Origin: Kiloniellales bacterium
GTDB lineage: Bacteria; Pseudomonadota; Alphaproteobacteria; Kiloniellales; JAKSDN01
Length of the DNA: 64,000 nucleotides
Direction of reading: 5' to 3'
NCBI GenBank assembly: GCA_050330055.1
Contig: JBHJOF010000282.1
Span: 8,769 to 72,768 of the forward strand
Part shown: piece by piece, positions 53,755 to 62,383 of the stretch
Numbering within the stretch: position 1 is the first letter of the stretch
Layout: each line of letters opens with the position of its first letter
The notes under the pieces: model-generated
The model's input: only the letters and a program-made list of their open reading frames with translations
The model's database searches: none
What the model was told of the DNA's origin: nothing
Program-made: the position numbers and the translations under genes

Positions 53755-53772
53755 GTTCCCAGGCCTGGGAAC
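53755..53772. promoter_or_regulatory. Perfect 18-bp palindrome (operator candidate) in a divergent promoter region
   Basis: GTTCCCAGGCCTGGGAAC lies between the methyltransferase start (53708, minus) and the membrane-protein start (53885, plus). Confidence 0.3.
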
Positions 53773-53884
53773 CAGTCGTATGATTCGCCGGGTTACGCGC
53801 TGACCTGTCGCGCCGCGACATGGTCTGCATGAGATTGGGGAGACCGGTCGAATCTGGGGCAAGCTCGTTTCCTATGACAGCGGG

Positions 53885-54979
53885 TTGACGGCGCTACTCG
53901 CCGCAACCCTGCTCTCGTTCGCGGTCTGGCTGCTGGCCCTTGCGCTGGGATTTGACGAGCCGCCGGCCTATGCGCCGGACGCCTACAAGACCTACTTCCA
54001 GCAGGTCAATTGGTGGCCGGTTCCCTTCATCTTCCTGGGCCTGGCGCCGGGCATATGGTTGACCTGGCGGCCCATGCTGCAGGCCTGGAGCCGGCTGGCC
54101 GAGACGGGTGTCCTGCGCGGACCCGAGGGCCAGGCGGACGAGGCGGCCGTACAACGGGTTCTGCGCTTCGTCCGGCGCTGGCGCGGCAGTGCCATTCTGG
54201 CTGCGCTCGTCGCCGCCCTGGTCATCAATGCCGTCGACTGGGCGCCGCGCTACGACGTCTATCTCGGCAGCGCCAGTCTCGCCAAGCAGCTGGGCGTCGC
54301 CTGCCGCTTTCCCAACGCTTCCGTGAAATGGCTCCTGGAGGCAGACCTGGGCGGCGGGGATCCCTGCAGTGTGGATGCAGAGCAAGGCCTGCCGGAAGCG
54401 CGGATCGAAGGGATCGCGCCGCCGCCCGGCCAGCTTCTGTTCAACCTGGTCCTGGTGGCCCAGCAGTTCTTGATCACGCTGTTCGCCGCGTTGGCGGTCA
54501 CGCAGATCCTGCTGCACACCTTTCTCTTCGGGGCCTTCGAGCAGCTCGCGGTGGCCCGGGCGCAAGGTCTTCGCCTGATGCTCAACTGCCAGTCGCCGCT
54601 CAACGAGTTCGGGCTCGAGCACTGGAACTTTGCCCTCAACAACTTCTATTGGGCGGTGAGCCCAGCGCTGCTCGGGGTCTTCCTGTCGCGGGTCTCGACC
54701 CCGCCGGAGGACTATCTCCCCGGCCAGGTAATCCTCGGCTTCGCGGTGCCTGCCTGCCTGCTCGCGCCCATGATAGCCACGATCCTCGTGCGCCAGGCGC
54801 GGCTGCCCGATGCCTGGGCGACGCTGCAGCCGAACGACCCCGTCGCAGCCGAGGACTATCGCCGTCAGCAGCTCTGGCCGCTGGATCGCAACTGGTCGTC
54901 GAAGCTCGGGATCGTGCTTGCCTTCGCGCTGGCCGCTTTGTCGATCGGCTTCGAGGTGACCCAGCTGGTCAGGCTCTAG
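53885..54979 (+). CDS. Polytopic membrane protein of unknown function
   Basis: 364-aa ORF with a TTG start and several hydrophobic segments (LLAATLLSFAVWLLALAL, WWPVPFIFLGLAPGIWL, LLFNLVLVAQQFLITLFAALAV...). High GC3. No recognised motif. Confidence 0.55.
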   Translation: MTALLAATLLSFAVWLLALALGFDEPPAYAPDAYKTYFQQVNWWPVPFIFLGLAPGIWLTWRPMLQAWSRLAETGVLRGPEGQADEAAVQRVLRFVRRWRGSAILAALVAALVINAVDWAPRYDVYLGSASLAKQLGVACRFPNASVKWLLEADLGGGDPCSVDAEQGLPEARIEGIAPPPGQLLFNLVLVAQQFLITLFAALAVTQILLHTFLFGAFEQLAVARAQGLRLMLNCQSPLNEFGLEHWNFALNNFYWAVSPALLGVFLSRVSTPPEDYLPGQVILGFAVPACLLAPMIATILVRQARLPDAWATLQPNDPVAAEDYRRQQLWPLDRNWSSKLGIVLAFALAALSIGFEVTQLVRL

Positions 54980-55014
54980 CCCGTAGTCCGTGCAAATTGA
55001 ACCGGCGCAGCTTT

Positions 55015-55184
55015 CCTCACCCTTCGACAAGCTCAGGGTGATACGCCGTCTCGAAACCAGAGACTCATGGCCCATCCTTCGAGACGCGTTCTTCGAACGC
55101 TCCTCAGGATGAGGAATGACGTTCTATATCAACCGCCTACCACCTCATGCTGAGGAGCCGCGAAGCGGCGTCTCGAAGCATGGG
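55015..55184. repeat. REP-like palindromic element cluster between convergent genes
   Basis: CCTCACCCTTCGACAAGCTCAGGGTGA (55015-55041). Two related units of about 42 bp lie in inverted orientation: CATCCTTCGAGACGCGTTCTTCGAACGCTCCTCAGGATGAGG at 55073-55114 and CCTCATGCTGAGGAGCCGCGAAGCGGCGTCTCGAAGCATGGG at 55143-55184. Confidence 0.65.
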
Positions 55185-55289
55185 AGCCCGGTCATGAGTA
55201 TCAGAATTTGGTATGACAAGCTGGGCTTGCAAAGGGCAGCCGGCGCTTCGGCTGACTTCGCGAGGCGTGAATAGCGGATGACTTTGCGG

Positions 55290-56294
55290 CTAGCCGCGCG
55301 TGGTACGCAGCCGATCGATGAAGATGGCCGCGATAATCACCGTGCCCAGCACGATCATCTGCACGTAGCCGTCCACGCGTGTCAGATTCATCCCGTTCGA
55401 CAGCACGGTGACGAAGATCGTACCGAGCAGGGCCGCCGGCACCCCGCCGATGCCGCCGCGCAGGCTGACGCCGCCGATCACCGCCGCGGCGATGCTTTCC
55501 AGGGTCAGGTTGCCGCCCAGGTTGGGCTCGCCCGAGCCGGTGCGCGCGGTCAGCAGCATGGCGCCGATGGCCGCCAGCACGCTACAGATTATGTAGGCGT
55601 AGACCAGGTAGCGCCGGCTCGGCAGGCCGGCGACCATGGCGGCGCGCGGGTTGCTGCCCAGGATGTAGAAGCTGCGCCCGATCACCGTGTAGTGCAGCAG
55701 CAGATGGATAGCGATCAGTGTGATGCCAGAGAGCACGATGGGGATCGGCACCCCCACGACCGTGCCGCTGTAGACCAGCTGGCTGAACTCGCGCGGCACG
55801 CCGAACACCGGCCGGCCGTTGGAAATGGTCGAAGCAATGCCGTAGCAGATGTTGAGCGTACCCAGGGTAGCGATGAAGGGGTTGACGCGGAGAAACGCCA
55901 CGCTGAAGCCGTTGACCGCGCCGACCGCGACGCCGAAGAGGAGGCCGGCTGCTATGGCGAGCGCGATCGCTAGATAGACAGAGGCCGGATCAGCCGCGAC
56001 CATGCCGGTCATGATCAGCGCCGTCAGCACGCTGACCGAGGAGACGCACATGCCGAGCGAAAGGTCGAAGCCCCGGGTCAGGATCACCACCATCTGGGCG
56101 GTGGCGAAGATCGCCAGGTAGCTGCTCTGCGACAGGATGTTGACCAAGTTGCCGGCGGAGAGAATCCGCGGCTCGACAGCGGCGAAGCCGAGCGCCATCA
56201 GCACCAGGACGATGAGGCTGAGCGCCCGCATCAGGTGCTGGCGCAGGCTCGGCCGCTCCTCCGCGGCGGCGACCGGTGCGGTGGTCTCAGCCAC
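55290..56294 (-). CDS. ABC transporter permease (CUT2/ribose-type, BPD_transp_2)
   Basis: 334 aa and highly hydrophobic. Typical motif GGIDLSVG-like (RGFDLSLGMCVS). Overlaps the upstream permease gene by 8 nt. Confidence 0.9.
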   Translation of the reverse strand: MAETTAPVAAAEERPSLRQHLMRALSLIVLVLMALGFAAVEPRILSAGNLVNILSQSSYLAIFATAQMVVILTRGFDLSLGMCVSSVSVLTALIMTGMVAADPASVYLAIALAIAAGLLFGVAVGAVNGFSVAFLRVNPFIATLGTLNICYGIASTISNGRPVFGVPREFSQLVYSGTVVGVPIPIVLSGITLIAIHLLLHYTVIGRSFYILGSNPRAAMVAGLPSRRYLVYAYIICSVLAAIGAMLLTARTGSGEPNLGGNLTLESIAAAVIGGVSLRGGIGGVPAALLGTIFVTVLSNGMNLTRVDGYVQMIVLGTVIIAAIFIDRLRTTRG

Positions 56295-57309
56295 GGACCT
56301 GTCTCCTCCGGCCGAACTCGTCGAGCGCCACCGCCAGAATGACGATCACGCCGAGAACAATGGTCTGGATCTTGCTGTCGATGCGCAGCAGGTTCATGGC
56401 ATTGGTCACGATCGAGAGGAAGAGGGCGCCCAGCGCCACCATCTCGACCCGGCCGATGCCGCCGCGCAGGCTGACGCCGGCGATTACCGCGGCGGCGATC
56501 GACTGCAGCATCATAATGTTGCCGCCGAGCGTCGCCTGGCCGGAGCCGAGACGGGCGGTCAGCAGCACACCGGTGATGGCGGCGAGCGTGCCACACATGG
56601 TGTAGGTCAGCACGAGATAGGTCTTGGTCGGCACGCCGGAGACCAGGGCCGCCTGCAGATTCCCGCCAATGGCGTAGATGTAGCGGCCGAGCACCGTGTG
56701 GTTCTGGATGACCCAGACCAGCACGATCAGCGCCAGCGCCACGTAGACCGTGGTCGGCAGGCCAAACCAGAGGGCGCGCCCGAAGCCCTTCACGAACTCG
56801 TCCGGCATGCCGTAGACCGGGATGCCGCTGGTCAGCAGCAGCGCTATGCCCGACGCGATCGACAGCGTGCCCAGCGTTACCATGAAGGGCGAGATGCGCA
56901 GGAAGGCGACGCAGAGGCCGTTGATCAGGCCGATGCCGACACCGCAGGCGATGCCGGCTGAGACGCCCAACAGGATCACCAGCCAGACCTGATCCGGCAT
57001 GGTCATCATCAGCGCAGCCATGACCTTGGCCATGACTGTGCTGGCCAGCGCAATCACCGCGCCGACCGAGAGATCGAAGCCGCCGACGATCAGCACCAGC
57101 ATCTGCCCGGCCGCCAGGATCGCCAGGAACGAGGCGCTGCGCAGCACGTTGAAGACGTTGAAGACGCCGAGGAAGCGCGGCTCGAAAAGCGCGAGCCCGG
57201 CGATCAGCAGGACCAGCAGGATCGGCAACAGGCCGATCGCGGTCACCACATGGGTCATGCGGCTCATGCCGGTCGCGTGCTGGTGGCTGGTCAGGCTACC
57301 GCTGCTCAT
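56287..57309 (-). CDS. ABC transporter permease (CUT2/ribose-type)
   Basis: 340 aa, paralogous to the neighbouring permease (VGGFDLSVGAVIAL). Confidence 0.9.
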   Translation of the reverse strand: MSSGSLTSHQHATGMSRMTHVVTAIGLLPILLVLLIAGLALFEPRFLGVFNVFNVLRSASFLAILAAGQMLVLIVGGFDLSVGAVIALASTVMAKVMAALMMTMPDQVWLVILLGVSAGIACGVGIGLINGLCVAFLRISPFMVTLGTLSIASGIALLLTSGIPVYGMPDEFVKGFGRALWFGLPTTVYVALALIVLVWVIQNHTVLGRYIYAIGGNLQAALVSGVPTKTYLVLTYTMCGTLAAITGVLLTARLGSGQATLGGNIMMLQSIAAAVIAGVSLRGGIGRVEMVALGALFLSIVTNAMNLLRIDSKIQTIVLGVIVILAVALDEFGRRRQVRG

Positions 57310-57366
57310 CGCCTAGTGCTCAGCATCATTGAACGTATCACGACGGCCGTTCCACTCACCGATGTC

Positions 57367-57418
57367 ACCCCCGGACTTGATCCGGGGGTCCATGGATTGC
57401 CGGGTCAAGCCCGGCAAT
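57367..57418. repeat. Two adjacent perfect 9-bp-stem hairpins (REP-like) inside the ABC operon
   Basis: ACCCCCGGA-CTTGA-TCCGGGGGT (57367-57389) and ATTGCCGGG-TCAAG-CCCGGCAAT (57396-57418), between the ATPase stop and the permease start. Confidence 0.65.
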
Positions 57419-57469
57419 GACAAGAAATACAATGGTATCGAACGCGCCACTCCCTTCTAGAATCCGGTA

Positions 57470-59074
57470 CTATTCGCCGGCAGCCGCCGCGGCCGCCTGC
57501 TGCTGCGGTTGCTCCTGGAAGAAGCAGGACAGCACGGCCTGCTCGTTGATCGCGGCGCCGATCAGCTCGCGCACCAGGCGGGCGCGGTGCATGACGTAGA
57601 GGCGGTTGGCCAGGTGCAGCACCTCGGGCAGCTCCGATGAGACCAGCACAATGGCCGCGCCGCTCTCCACCAGCGCCTTCATCAGCTCGTAGACCTCGAC
57701 CTTGGCGCCGACGTCGATGCCCACCGTGGGCTCGTCGAACAGGAAGACCTGGGTCTCGCGGGTCAGGCCGCGCGCCAGCATGACCTTCTGGCGGTTGCCG
57801 CCGGAGAGGTTGCCGACCACGCGCTCGATGTTCGGAGGCCGCAGGCGCAGGCGGTCGACGATTGCCTGGATGACGCGTTTCTCGCCGGCGCGCTTGAGGA
57901 TGCGCATGCGGGCGAACTGCGCCAGGTCGAGCGCCGCCATGGAAGCGTTCTCGCGCACCGAGCGCTCCAGCGCCAGGCCCTCCACCACGCGGTCGGAGGG
58001 GAAATAGCAGACGCCGCGCTTCAGGCTCTCGTCGGGGCGTGGATGCTCGACCGGCTGGCCCTTGATCAGAATCTCGCCGGCCTCGATCGGCTCCAGCCCG
58101 TAGACGGCGCGGATCAGCTCCGATTTGCCGCAGCCGACCAGGCCGGCAATGCCGGTCACCTCCCCGGCGCGGGCGACGATCGAGACGCCCTCGACGGCAT
58201 GGGTCGCCAGGGTCAGGTCGCGAATCTCCAGCAGAGTGTCGCCCGGGCGGTGCTCGATCCTGGGAAACAGCACCTCGATCTTGCGCCCGGTCATGAGCTC
58301 AACCAGCTCGTTGTCGCTGACCTCGTCGACCAGGCGTGTTGCGATCTTGCGGCCGTCGCGCAGCACGGTGATGCGGTCGGCAATCTGCTTGATCTCGCGC
58401 AGGCGGTGCGAGACGTAGATGATACCGACGCCCTTGACCTTCAGCTTGGCGATCAGGTCGAACAGCTTGTAGGTCTCGCTCTCGGTCAGCGATGCGGTCG
58501 GCTCGTCGAGGATCAAGAGGCGCACCTCGGCAAGCAGCGCCTTGGCGATCTCGACCATCTGCTGGTGGGCGCGCGATAGCTCGCTGACCTTCTTCCTGGG
58601 ATTGAGGTCGAAGCCGAGCTGGGCGATCACCTTGGCGGCCCGCTCGCGCATCTCCGGCTTGTTGAGGAAGCCGGCTGCCTGGATCTCGTGGCCGAGGAAG
58701 AGATTCTCCTCGACCGTCAGGTTGGGCACCAGGGAGAACTCCTGGAACACCGGGCTGATGCCCATGACGCGCGCCTGGTGCGGCGTCAGGTGGCGAATCT
58801 CCTGTCCCTCGTAATGGAAGGAGCCGCGGTCCGCGGGAAAGGTGCCGGCGATGACGTTGATCAGGGTCGACTTGCCGGCGCCGTTTTCGCCGAACAGCAC
58901 GTGGACCTCGCCGCCGCGCAGGTCGAAATCCACCTGGTCGAGCGCCAGGACGCCGGGAAAGCGCTTGGAGATGCCGCTCATCTCCAGCAGCGGACGGCCG
59001 CCGGCCGCCCCCTCGCTCACTGGCGGGGAGGCGGCCGGATCGGCTGTCGATCGTACTGCAGCTTCGTCATTCAT
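57470..59074 (-). CDS. Sugar-type ABC transporter ATP-binding protein (duplicated ABC domains)
   Basis: Walker A GENGAGKST, signature LSRAHQQM / LSGGNRQK, and Walker B LLILDEPT / VFLFDEPT. Confidence 0.9.
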   Translation of the reverse strand: MNDEAAVRSTADPAASPPVSEGAAGGRPLLEMSGISKRFPGVLALDQVDFDLRGGEVHVLFGENGAGKSTLINVIAGTFPADRGSFHYEGQEIRHLTPHQARVMGISPVFQEFSLVPNLTVEENLFLGHEIQAAGFLNKPEMRERAAKVIAQLGFDLNPRKKVSELSRAHQQMVEIAKALLAEVRLLILDEPTASLTESETYKLFDLIAKLKVKGVGIIYVSHRLREIKQIADRITVLRDGRKIATRLVDEVSDNELVELMTGRKIEVLFPRIEHRPGDTLLEIRDLTLATHAVEGVSIVARAGEVTGIAGLVGCGKSELIRAVYGLEPIEAGEILIKGQPVEHPRPDESLKRGVCYFPSDRVVEGLALERSVRENASMAALDLAQFARMRILKRAGEKRVIQAIVDRLRLRPPNIERVVGNLSGGNRQKVMLARGLTRETQVFLFDEPTVGIDVGAKVEVYELMKALVESGAAIVLVSSELPEVLHLANRLYVMHRARLVRELIGAAINEQAVLSCFFQEQPQQQAAAAAAGE

Positions 59075-59114
59075 CCGCGTCTGCGGTCCGCGGCTGAGTG
59101 CCAGGAGCCGACGC

Positions 59115-60179
59115 TTACTTCGCGGTCACCGAGTAGACCGGGGTCCAATCGGCCGGCGCCAGCACCAGCCCCATGTTGATCTGATCGACGTTGCTCTTGG
59201 CGATCATGTCGGGAATCGGTTTGACGAATGGCATGACCTCCTCGCCTTCAAGGGCACGCACCGCCATGTCGATCGCCACCTTGCCTTCCAGCACCGGATA
59301 CTGGGTGGCGAAACCGAGAATCTCGCCCTTGTTCATGGCGTCGAGCATAGCCTGGTTCTCGTAGGAGGACATGATCTGAATCTCGCCCTCGCGGCCGACC
59401 TCGGCGACCGCCCCGATTGCGGCTTCGGCAGTCGGCGCCGTGCCCCAGATCACGTCCATGTCGGGATAGGCCTGCAGCGCGTCCTGGATCAGCTGCAGCT
59501 GCACGCCGACGCCGCTGTCGCCGAACATTTCGTCGAGGATCGCAACGTTGCTGCCGTCGAGTGCGGTCTTGAAGCCTTCGTAGAAGCTCTCCGCCCAGCC
59601 GGAGCCCGCCGGGCCCGGGAAGGCGACGGCCTTGCCTTCCTTGCCGCCCAGGAAGTCGAGCAGGTACTTGCCGGTCTGCTCGCCCATGGTATCGAACTCG
59701 ACGTACATCTTGCCGGTCGTCTTGGCCTCGGCGACGGGGTTGACGGTGGCGATCACTGGCTTGCCGGCGGCAATGCCTTCCTCGAACTTCTGCGCCAGAC
59801 CGGCCTCGGAGATCGGGCCGACCACGATGGCATCGGCGTTCGAGGCCATGCAGTCGTCGAACTGCGAGAGCTGACGCGGCAGGTTCTCATAGCCACCCGC
59901 CTCGTAGAGCGTCATGTTGACGCCCTGGCGCTCGGCTTCGGTGACGATGCCGTAGGCCACGGCGACCCAGAAGCTGTCCTTCATGTGCGGGAAAAGCACG
60001 CAGATGTTCCACGGCTTGGAGGCCTTCTCCACCGGGCTGTAGTCAACCTCGACGTTCGAGCCGGACGAGGCGTCGTACACCTTGATCGGCCACCATGCTT
60101 CGCTTGCCAGTGCAGCGTTGGAGGGCACTGCCAGACTGGCAATCAATGCCAATGCATATGTGCCACGTCTCTTACTCAT
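59115..60179 (-). CDS. Periplasmic sugar-binding protein family substrate-binding protein (Peripla_BP, TorT-like)
   Basis: Signal peptide MSKRRGTYALALIASLAVPSNAALA. Typical type-I PBP layout (ICVLFPHMKDSFWVAVAYG...). Confidence 0.8.
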   Translation of the reverse strand: MSKRRGTYALALIASLAVPSNAALASEAWWPIKVYDASSGSNVEVDYSPVEKASKPWNICVLFPHMKDSFWVAVAYGIVTEAERQGVNMTLYEAGGYENLPRQLSQFDDCMASNADAIVVGPISEAGLAQKFEEGIAAGKPVIATVNPVAEAKTTGKMYVEFDTMGEQTGKYLLDFLGGKEGKAVAFPGPAGSGWAESFYEGFKTALDGSNVAILDEMFGDSGVGVQLQLIQDALQAYPDMDVIWGTAPTAEAAIGAVAEVGREGEIQIMSSYENQAMLDAMNKGEILGFATQYPVLEGKVAIDMAVRALEGEEVMPFVKPIPDMIAKSNVDQINMGLVLAPADWTPVYSVTAK

Positions 60180-60229
60180 TGATCGCGCTCCCTGTTCTTT
60201 CAGTTTGATTCATCGACACTTGTGCCACG

Positions 60230-62311
60230 CTAGTTCACACGTCGCGTGATTACGTAGGATCCGGATTCATGCAGTTCCGCCCGCCAGTCCGGCTCGATCA
60301 CGATTGTGGTGGTCTCCTCCTCGATGATCGACGGACCAACGATGCACTCGTCGACGCCGATCTTCATGCCATCGTAGACGGCCGTCCTGACACCTCTTCC
60401 GTCAGAGGAGAAGATCACGTCCCTATGGGACTTCAACGCCTCCCGCAGCGAGCCGGCACCGTTGAGTTTTGGCGACTTCGGCTTGTCGACTCGGCCGTAG
60501 AGCGTGCTCTCGATATTCACAACCTCGACCGCGCTATGGGGCTCGGAATAGGTGTAGAGGCGCTCGTGCCGCTTGTGAAAGGCATCCTTCACCTGCGCCG
60601 CCGTCGCGCCCGAGATCTCGAAGGTGTCCAGTTCCACGGTGCATTCGTGCACCTGACCGACGTAGCGCATGTCCATGCTGCGCTTGACGTAGATCCGGTC
60701 GCGATCGAAGCCGTCGGCCTCCAGATGCTTGACGCCTCGCTCTTCGATCTCGAGGAAGAGCTGGTTCAGCCGCTCAAACGCGCCCGGCGTGTCCAGGCGC
60801 AAGGGGCTGGTCGCCATGAAGTTGTACTTCACGTCGGATATGATCTGGCCGAAGGCGCAGAGCCCGGACGCGAGCTTGGGGACTATCGCCTTTTTTATGC
60901 CGATCTCGCGCGCCAGGGCGGTGATGTGGGCTCCCGTCGCACCGCCTGCTCCAACCAGAACAAAGTCGCGCGGATCGTAGCCGCGCTCGACGGAAACGCG
61001 GCGTATGCCGTTGACCATGTTGTTGTTGACGATGGTGAAGACACCATGGGCGGCCTTCTCGACTGACAGGCCGAGAGGATCCGCAAGCTTCTCCTTGATC
61101 GCGCGATAGGCCTTTTCCTTGTTCAAGGGCAGCCGGCCGCCGATCAGCCCGTCAGGGTTGAGGTTTCCGAGCACAAGGTTGGCATCCGACACCGTGGGCT
61201 CCGTGCCGCCCTGGTCGTAGCAGACGGGACCCGGGTCGGCCCCCGCGCTTTCCGGTCCGACCTGCAGGAGCCCAAGAGTGTCGATCCAGGCAATGGATCC
61301 TCCGCCGGCGCCCAGGGTTTCCACCTGAATCATCGGCACGCCGATGCGATAGCGTAGAAAATCGATATTCTTGTTGAGGTTGGTGATCCCATCCTTCGTC
61401 AAGGTGACATCGAAGGACGTGCCACCCATGTCGACGGTGATGATGTTCCGCTCGTCGAACGGGGCGCTTACATACATGCCTGCCTGTGGCGCCGACGCGG
61501 GTCCGGAGTTAATGGCGTAGACCGATCTCTCGGTCATGGCTTCGCCGATCGCCAGGCCGCCGTTGGATTGGAAGTAGCGAAGCGGATGTCGCACGCCCAG
61601 ATCAGCGAAGTAGGTCTCGACCGCCTCGACATAGCTCCTCATGGTGGGTGTCAGGTATGCATTGGCAACCGTCGTCGACGTCCGCGTGTACTCCCGGATC
61701 TGGGGATAGATCTCACTGCCGACTGCAAGGATCACATCCGGCATCATCTTGCGGACGATCTCCGCCGCGCGGCGTTCATGGTCCGGGTTGAGTACCGACC
61801 AGAGGAAAGAGACGGCAACGGCCTCGACCTGCTCGTCCAAAAAGAACCGGCACGCGGCGCGAACATCCTCCTCATTGAGCGGCGTACGCACCTCGCCGGT
61901 CGACAGGACCCGCTCTTCTATGCCCTTGCGCAGGTAGCGTGGAACCAGCATGCGCGCGGGCGGATACTCCGCGTCATAGCGATAGCCGTCTTCCTTATGA
62001 CCCAGTCGAATCTCGATCGAGTCCTCGTGACCCCTTGTGCAGATCAGTCCGACCTTCGCTCCCTTGTGCTGAATCAGCGCATTGAGGGCGACAGTCGTAC
62101 CGTTGATGCAAAGATCGCATTCGGAGACAATCTCCTGCGCGCTCTTTCCGAGCTCCTCGGAGATCAGCTTCAAGCCGTTCTCGATAGCCTTGGTCGGGTC
62201 ATTCGGCGTGGAAAGCGCCTTGTAGAGCTTGACGTTGCCTGCCCCGTCGGCGAGGACAAAGTCCGTAAAGGTGCCTCCTGCATCGATGCCCAAGCGATAA
62301 TTGCTCCGCAT
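60230..62311 (-). CDS. hyuA: Hydantoinase/oxoprolinase family protein, A subunit
   Basis: N-terminus MRSNYRLGIDAGGTFTDFVL and DMGGTSFDV (ASKHA-fold ATPase motifs). 693 aa. Confidence 0.9.
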   Translation of the reverse strand: MRSNYRLGIDAGGTFTDFVLADGAGNVKLYKALSTPNDPTKAIENGLKLISEELGKSAQEIVSECDLCINGTTVALNALIQHKGAKVGLICTRGHEDSIEIRLGHKEDGYRYDAEYPPARMLVPRYLRKGIEERVLSTGEVRTPLNEEDVRAACRFFLDEQVEAVAVSFLWSVLNPDHERRAAEIVRKMMPDVILAVGSEIYPQIREYTRTSTTVANAYLTPTMRSYVEAVETYFADLGVRHPLRYFQSNGGLAIGEAMTERSVYAINSGPASAPQAGMYVSAPFDERNIITVDMGGTSFDVTLTKDGITNLNKNIDFLRYRIGVPMIQVETLGAGGGSIAWIDTLGLLQVGPESAGADPGPVCYDQGGTEPTVSDANLVLGNLNPDGLIGGRLPLNKEKAYRAIKEKLADPLGLSVEKAAHGVFTIVNNNMVNGIRRVSVERGYDPRDFVLVGAGGATGAHITALAREIGIKKAIVPKLASGLCAFGQIISDVKYNFMATSPLRLDTPGAFERLNQLFLEIEERGVKHLEADGFDRDRIYVKRSMDMRYVGQVHECTVELDTFEISGATAAQVKDAFHKRHERLYTYSEPHSAVEVVNIESTLYGRVDKPKSPKLNGAGSLREALKSHRDVIFSSDGRGVRTAVYDGMKIGVDECIVGPSIIEEETTTIVIEPDWRAELHESGSYVITRRVN

Positions 62312-62383
62312 CCTCGCTCCCTCATGGCATTGTTGGGCCCGCCCTCTGCGCGGGACCTTGACTTTGTACGAAAAGGCTCTGAT

